Source: Treponema sp. (lineage in GTDB: Bacteria; Spirochaetota; Spirochaetia; Treponematales; Breznakiellaceae). From it: a stretch of DNA of 25,082 nt. Under the pieces are notes generated by a model. That model was given only the letters and a program-made list of their open reading frames with translations. It did no database searches and had not been told where the DNA came from. The translations under genes were made by a program, and so were the position numbers. The stretch lies in assembly GCA_031289935.1 (NCBI GenBank), contig JAITON010000035.1, positions 1 to 25,082 of the forward strand. The letters are read 5' to 3'. Below are positions 22,341 through 25,082 of this stretch, in pieces (positions within the stretch are counted from its first letter, which is position 1; each line of letters begins with the position of its first letter).

Positions 22341-23380
22341 GCTATCCTCGGATTGTCCTTGTTCTCTTCAAAAAGCCGGTTAAAATCCCCGGCAATAGAT
22401 ACAAACACGTCCAGAAGAGCGGGGTCAAACTGGCTGCCCCGGCCTTCGAGTATCTTTCCCATGGCCGTTTCGTGGGGAAAGGCCTTCTTGTAACTCCGTT
22501 CCATCCTGAGGGCATCGTAGACATCGGCGATGGAGACAATCCGGGCCGCCAGGGGGATCATTTCCCCCTCAAGCTGGAAGGGGTAGCCCTTGCCGTTCCA
22601 CTGCTCGTGATGGGACAGGGCAATCTCCCGGGCCATGGGGTCCGGATAGGTGGAAAGGATAAAGGCCCCGTTCTTGGTATGCTCCTTCATCACCGTCCAC
22701 TCCCAATCGCTTAAGGGGCCCTCCTTGTTCAGGATATCATCGGGGGTACCGATCTTGCCCACATCGTGCATAGAGGCCAGGAAACCAATGTTCTCGATAA
22801 AGTCCGCATCAATGCGGGGGTAGAGGGAACGCCGGAAGAGTTCTTTTGCCATGCACCGGGAATAATGGTGTACCCGGGTAATATGCTTCCCCGTGTCGTT
22901 ATCCTTGAGCTTCGAAGCTTCCAGGAGGCTCATAAAGACGCTCCTAAGGAGCCGTTTGTTTTCCTCGGTTACATCATCAAACATGATGATGAATTCCTCC
23001 GGGGGATTGTGGTGCATATTCGCGGGGAAGAGGTAGACCCGGCTCTCCACGGTGGCCATAATTCGGGACTTAACCCGGGCGGCTCCCTTCCAGAAATAGC
23101 CGTTGGCGCCCAGGAGCACCGTCTCCCGCAGAATTCTGATATCCCGGATATTAAAAGCCCGGCCAAAAATATCAATAAAGTAGCTCCCCGTTAACCGGGA
23201 GAACCCCGTAAAAAGACTTTCGCAGGCCCGGTTGGCAAAGAGAATTTTGAGCTTCTGGTTTACAAAGAGCACCGGGAAGATACTGTTGATAAAGGGACTA
23301 AAGGAGGATTTTACCGGGCCCTCCTTTGCGGCCTCCAATAGGCCGTCAATATTCTCAGGTTCTGTAGTATCCATAAACAA
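22337..23380 (-). CDS. HD-GYP cyclic-dinucleotide phosphodiesterase (RpfG-like) with an N-terminal PAS-like domain
   Basis: KDNDTGKHITRV, MHDVGKIGTPD.ILNK.GPL, HT..G..IL, SHHEQWNGKGYP, ARIVSIADVYDAL.MER.YK. The N-terminal VLFVNQ..KILFANRA.E.LF segment is PAS-like. Confidence 0.9.
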   Translation of the reverse strand: MFMDTTEPENIDGLLEAAKEGPVKSSFSPFINSIFPVLFVNQKLKILFANRACESLFTGFSRLTGSYFIDIFGRAFNIRDIRILRETVLLGANGYFWKGAARVKSRIMATVESRVYLFPANMHHNPPEEFIIMFDDVTEENKRLLRSVFMSLLEASKLKDNDTGKHITRVHHYSRCMAKELFRRSLYPRIDADFIENIGFLASMHDVGKIGTPDDILNKEGPLSDWEWTVMKEHTKNGAFILSTYPDPMAREIALSHHEQWNGKGYPFQLEGEMIPLAARIVSIADVYDALRMERSYKKAFPHETAMGKILEGRGSQFDPALLDVFVSIAGDFNRLFEENKDNPRIA

Positions 23381-23386
23381 CCCGCT

Positions 23387-24088
23387 TTATGATAATTCCG
23401 CATCGCTTTTCCGCAGATATTCGGGCCCCGAATCAAGAGCATCTAGCTTACCCAGTATATATAATTGCTCCGATAAAAGCAACAGATTCTTCGCGTTTCC
23501 CTCCCGGTGATGGGGGTCCAGGCAGAGCTCCAGGCCGGGGGGAAATTCCCCCGCAGCCTTGAGGGCATCCATCAGGGCCGGTGCGTCCGGGCCGGTCAGG
23601 AGCAGCGGGGCAGGAGATGCCGCCGCAGCAATAGCCGCCGCGATTGCCGCAGGTTCCGCATCCATGGGGGGCGTCATCTGCCGTCCCTCCCGGTATATTG
23701 CCGTAAAGAAGCGCCCCTTCCGGGCATCGATGGCGGGAATCACGAGGCCGGGCCAGGCGCCAAAGGGAGCTGCCATGCAGTCCAGGCTGGGAACCGAGAC
23801 CAGGGGGATCCCCAAGGCCCCGGCAATACCCTTGGCGGCGGCAAACCCGATCCTGAGCCCGGTAAAGGAGCCGGGCCCCCGCATACAGGCCGTCATATCC
23901 AGGCCGGCGGGGCCTATCCCTGCGGATTTGAGCAAGGCATCGGCCATATCCATGAGCAGCTCCGAGTGCCGGAGCCCCCGGGGATTAAGCCCCGTATCGA
24001 ACTCGGCATAGCGGATTTCCCGCTCCGGGCCGCTGGCCAGGGCCGTGGAAAGCACACTGACCGCCGTATCCAGGGCAAGGATATTCAT
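23387..24088 (-). CDS. tsaB: t6A biosynthesis protein TsaB
   Basis: MNILALDTA, RHSELL, RGPGSFTGLRIG.AAAKG, VPSLD, IDARKG.FF, P.YLRKSDAE. Confidence 0.95.
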   Translation of the reverse strand: MNILALDTAVSVLSTALASGPEREIRYAEFDTGLNPRGLRHSELLMDMADALLKSAGIGPAGLDMTACMRGPGSFTGLRIGFAAAKGIAGALGIPLVSVPSLDCMAAPFGAWPGLVIPAIDARKGRFFTAIYREGRQMTPPMDAEPAAIAAAIAAAASPAPLLLTGPDAPALMDALKAAGEFPPGLELCLDPHHREGNAKNLLLLSEQLYILGKLDALDSGPEYLRKSDAELS

Positions 24089-24531
24089 AGGAGCGGCTCC
24101 CGGAACCCGCCGGGAAAGGAGACGCGGATACAGCGCGTTGTACCGGGAAGCATGGACAGATCCACCCGGACCGCCTCAGCGGGAATGCTGCCGGGGATAT
24201 GCTCACTCCATTCGATAACCGAAACGCCCTGACCGTAAAGGATTTCCTCCCCCCCCAGGGCGGCAAAATCCGCCTCATCCTGGAGGCGATACGCATCAAT
24301 ATGATAGAAAGGCAGCCTCCCTGCGTATTCGGAGATAATCGTGTAGCTGGGGCTCGACACCGTATCGCGGACCCCCAGGCCCCGGGCGATCCCCTTGGCC
24401 AGGCAGGTCTTCCCCGCCCCCAGTTCCCCCCGCAGGGCGACAATGCTGCCGGGGACCAGGAAACGGGCAAGGAATTCCCCCAGAGCCTGGGTCTCCTCCG
24501 GGGAAGAGGAGATGCGTTCGAGCTCAGACAG
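24085..24531 (-). CDS. tsaE: t6A biosynthesis ATPase TsaE (start uncertain, probably CTG 24531)
   Basis: S.SPEET.ALG, ALRGELGAGKT.LAKGIA, VSSPSYTI, YHIDAYRL, VIEWSE. There is no in-frame ATG/GTG/TTG between 24672 and the P-loop. ATGA overlap with tsaB. Confidence 0.93.
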   Translation of the reverse strand: MSELERISSSPEETQALGEFLARFLVPGSIVALRGELGAGKTCLAKGIARGLGVRDTVSSPSYTIISEYAGRLPFYHIDAYRLQDEADFAALGGEEILYGQGVSVIEWSEHIPGSIPAEAVRVDLSMLPGTTRCIRVSFPGGFREPLL

Positions 24532-24787
24532 GGAGGGCCCCCCGCGCGTCTTCCCCGGCGATAAAGCCCTTGATCTCCTGCATAAGGGGCAGCTTTGGGT
24601 AGTCCACTTCCTCCAGCGCGGTGATGGAAATCTCCTTATTCCCCGCCGGCATGGTTTCGACGGTAAAGTCAATGCGCCGGTCAAGCTCCTTGCCCATAAG
24701 GTCCAGGCTTACCGTACCGCTGTAGAAGCGCCGGTAATAGATGGGGCTGTCCGTTCTGACCAGATCTTTTAACTGAAGAATTTTCAT
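24524..24787 (-). CDS. Conserved hypothetical protein (87 aa), first gene of the tsaE-tsaB operon
   Basis: Clean ORF filling the space ahead of tsaE with protein-like composition (PIYYRRFYSG...IDFTVETMP.G...VDYP..PL...IK.FI); its stop overlaps the likely tsaE start. Confidence 0.85.
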   Translation of the reverse strand: MKILQLKDLVRTDSPIYYRRFYSGTVSLDLMGKELDRRIDFTVETMPAGNKEISITALEEVDYPKLPLMQEIKGFIAGEDARGALPV

Positions 24788-24795
24788 GGCAGCCC

Positions 24796-24824
24796 ACTAT
24801 ACTCCTTTTTCGCCTCCCTGGGAA
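24796..24824 (-). promoter_or_regulatory. Possible sigma70 promoter of the tsaE operon
   Basis: Minus strand TTCCCA (24824-24819), 17 bp, TATAGT (24801-24796), 8 nt ahead of ATG 24787. Confidence 0.45.
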
Positions 24825-24915
24825 GCGCCGTAGCTTGTTCCATACGATTAGACCAGGGGATTTTCCCGTTTTTCCGGGTTTTTTCATGTTTTTTTTTGAA
24901 AAGCTTAAAAAGCGC

Positions 24916-24945
24916 TTGACACATTCAGGCGCGTTGTGGTATACT
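24916..24945 (+). promoter_or_regulatory. Strong sigma70 promoter for the right-edge gene
   Basis: TTGACA (24916-24921), 18 bp, extended -10 TG-g-TATACT (24937-24945), with T/A tracts upstream. Confidence 0.75.
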
Positions 24946-25021
24946 CGCGGCAGGTTGTTTTTGGGGCCATCAGCCCATAGGGAGACACGCGGTCACCGTA
25001 CGCAAGGAGGATAGCGTCAAA

Positions 25022-25082
25022 ATGCATGACGATATTGTTTACAAGGGTAAATATATTTGGTACAGCGGGAAAAATATAGTGA
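25022..25082 (+). CDS. 5' end of a protein-coding gene (20 codons; product not identifiable)
   Basis: AAGGAGG (25004-25010), ATG 25022, MHDDIVYKGKYIWYSGKNIV..., open to the edge. Confidence 0.6.
   Translation, partial: MHDDIVYKGKYIWYSGKNIV

Noticed and set aside
24784-24843. 19-aa minus-strand uORF MEQATALPREAKKEYSGLP whose stop overlaps the 87-aa gene's ATG
   Set aside because: No SD, and it overlaps the predicted promoter. It would be worth revisiting only if the TSS maps upstream of 24843.
1-25082. tRNA, rRNA, riboswitch, integrase or IS elements
   Set aside because: I recognised no cloverleaf, rRNA signature, DDE/HUH/tyrosine-recombinase motif or terminal inverted repeat by eye. Intergenic gaps are short, but an Infernal/Rfam scan would be needed to exclude small ncRNAs.

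Overview
A 25-kb window of GC-rich bacterial core genome. Gene order and protein sequences suggest a spirochete of the Treponema/Breznakiellaceae type (inference). Left to right: a partial membrane-protein gene preceded by a 38-aa truncated Rrf2 regulator (-); an operon of an unannotated 56-aa Zn-ribbon sORF, rpsT, hup, lnt, a receiver/coiled-coil regulator, bactofilin and CinA-C; rho-rpmE; a 23-bp-periodic repeat patch; folC (-) divergent from murC-yicC; a three-gene trans-envelope module (MMPL/RND transporter, LolA-like periplasmic protein, predicted outer-membrane beta-barrel); DUF4139- and DUF4234-like genes (-); a second repeat patch overlapping the 3' end of pfp (-); an orphan secreted beta-rich protein; a minus-strand operon of an 87-aa hypothetical, tsaE, tsaB, a PAS/HD-GYP protein and archaeal-type pyrH; and the first 20 codons of a divergent gene. 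I found no rRNA, tRNA, CRISPR array or transposase. The best leads are (i) an acidic-aromatic motif, D-F-x-[WF]-D-F-G-F-x-[DE]-x-G-S-x-D-S, shared by a periplasmic loop of the MMPL transporter and the mature N-terminus of the beta-barrel from the same operon, (ii) a dispersed family of 18-bp modules on a 23-bp period, (iii) the Zn-ribbon sORF ahead of rpsT, (iv) the translationally coupled Rrf2 stump and (v) tsaE lacking a nearby canonical start codon. All family assignments come from motif recognition by eye; no searches were run.
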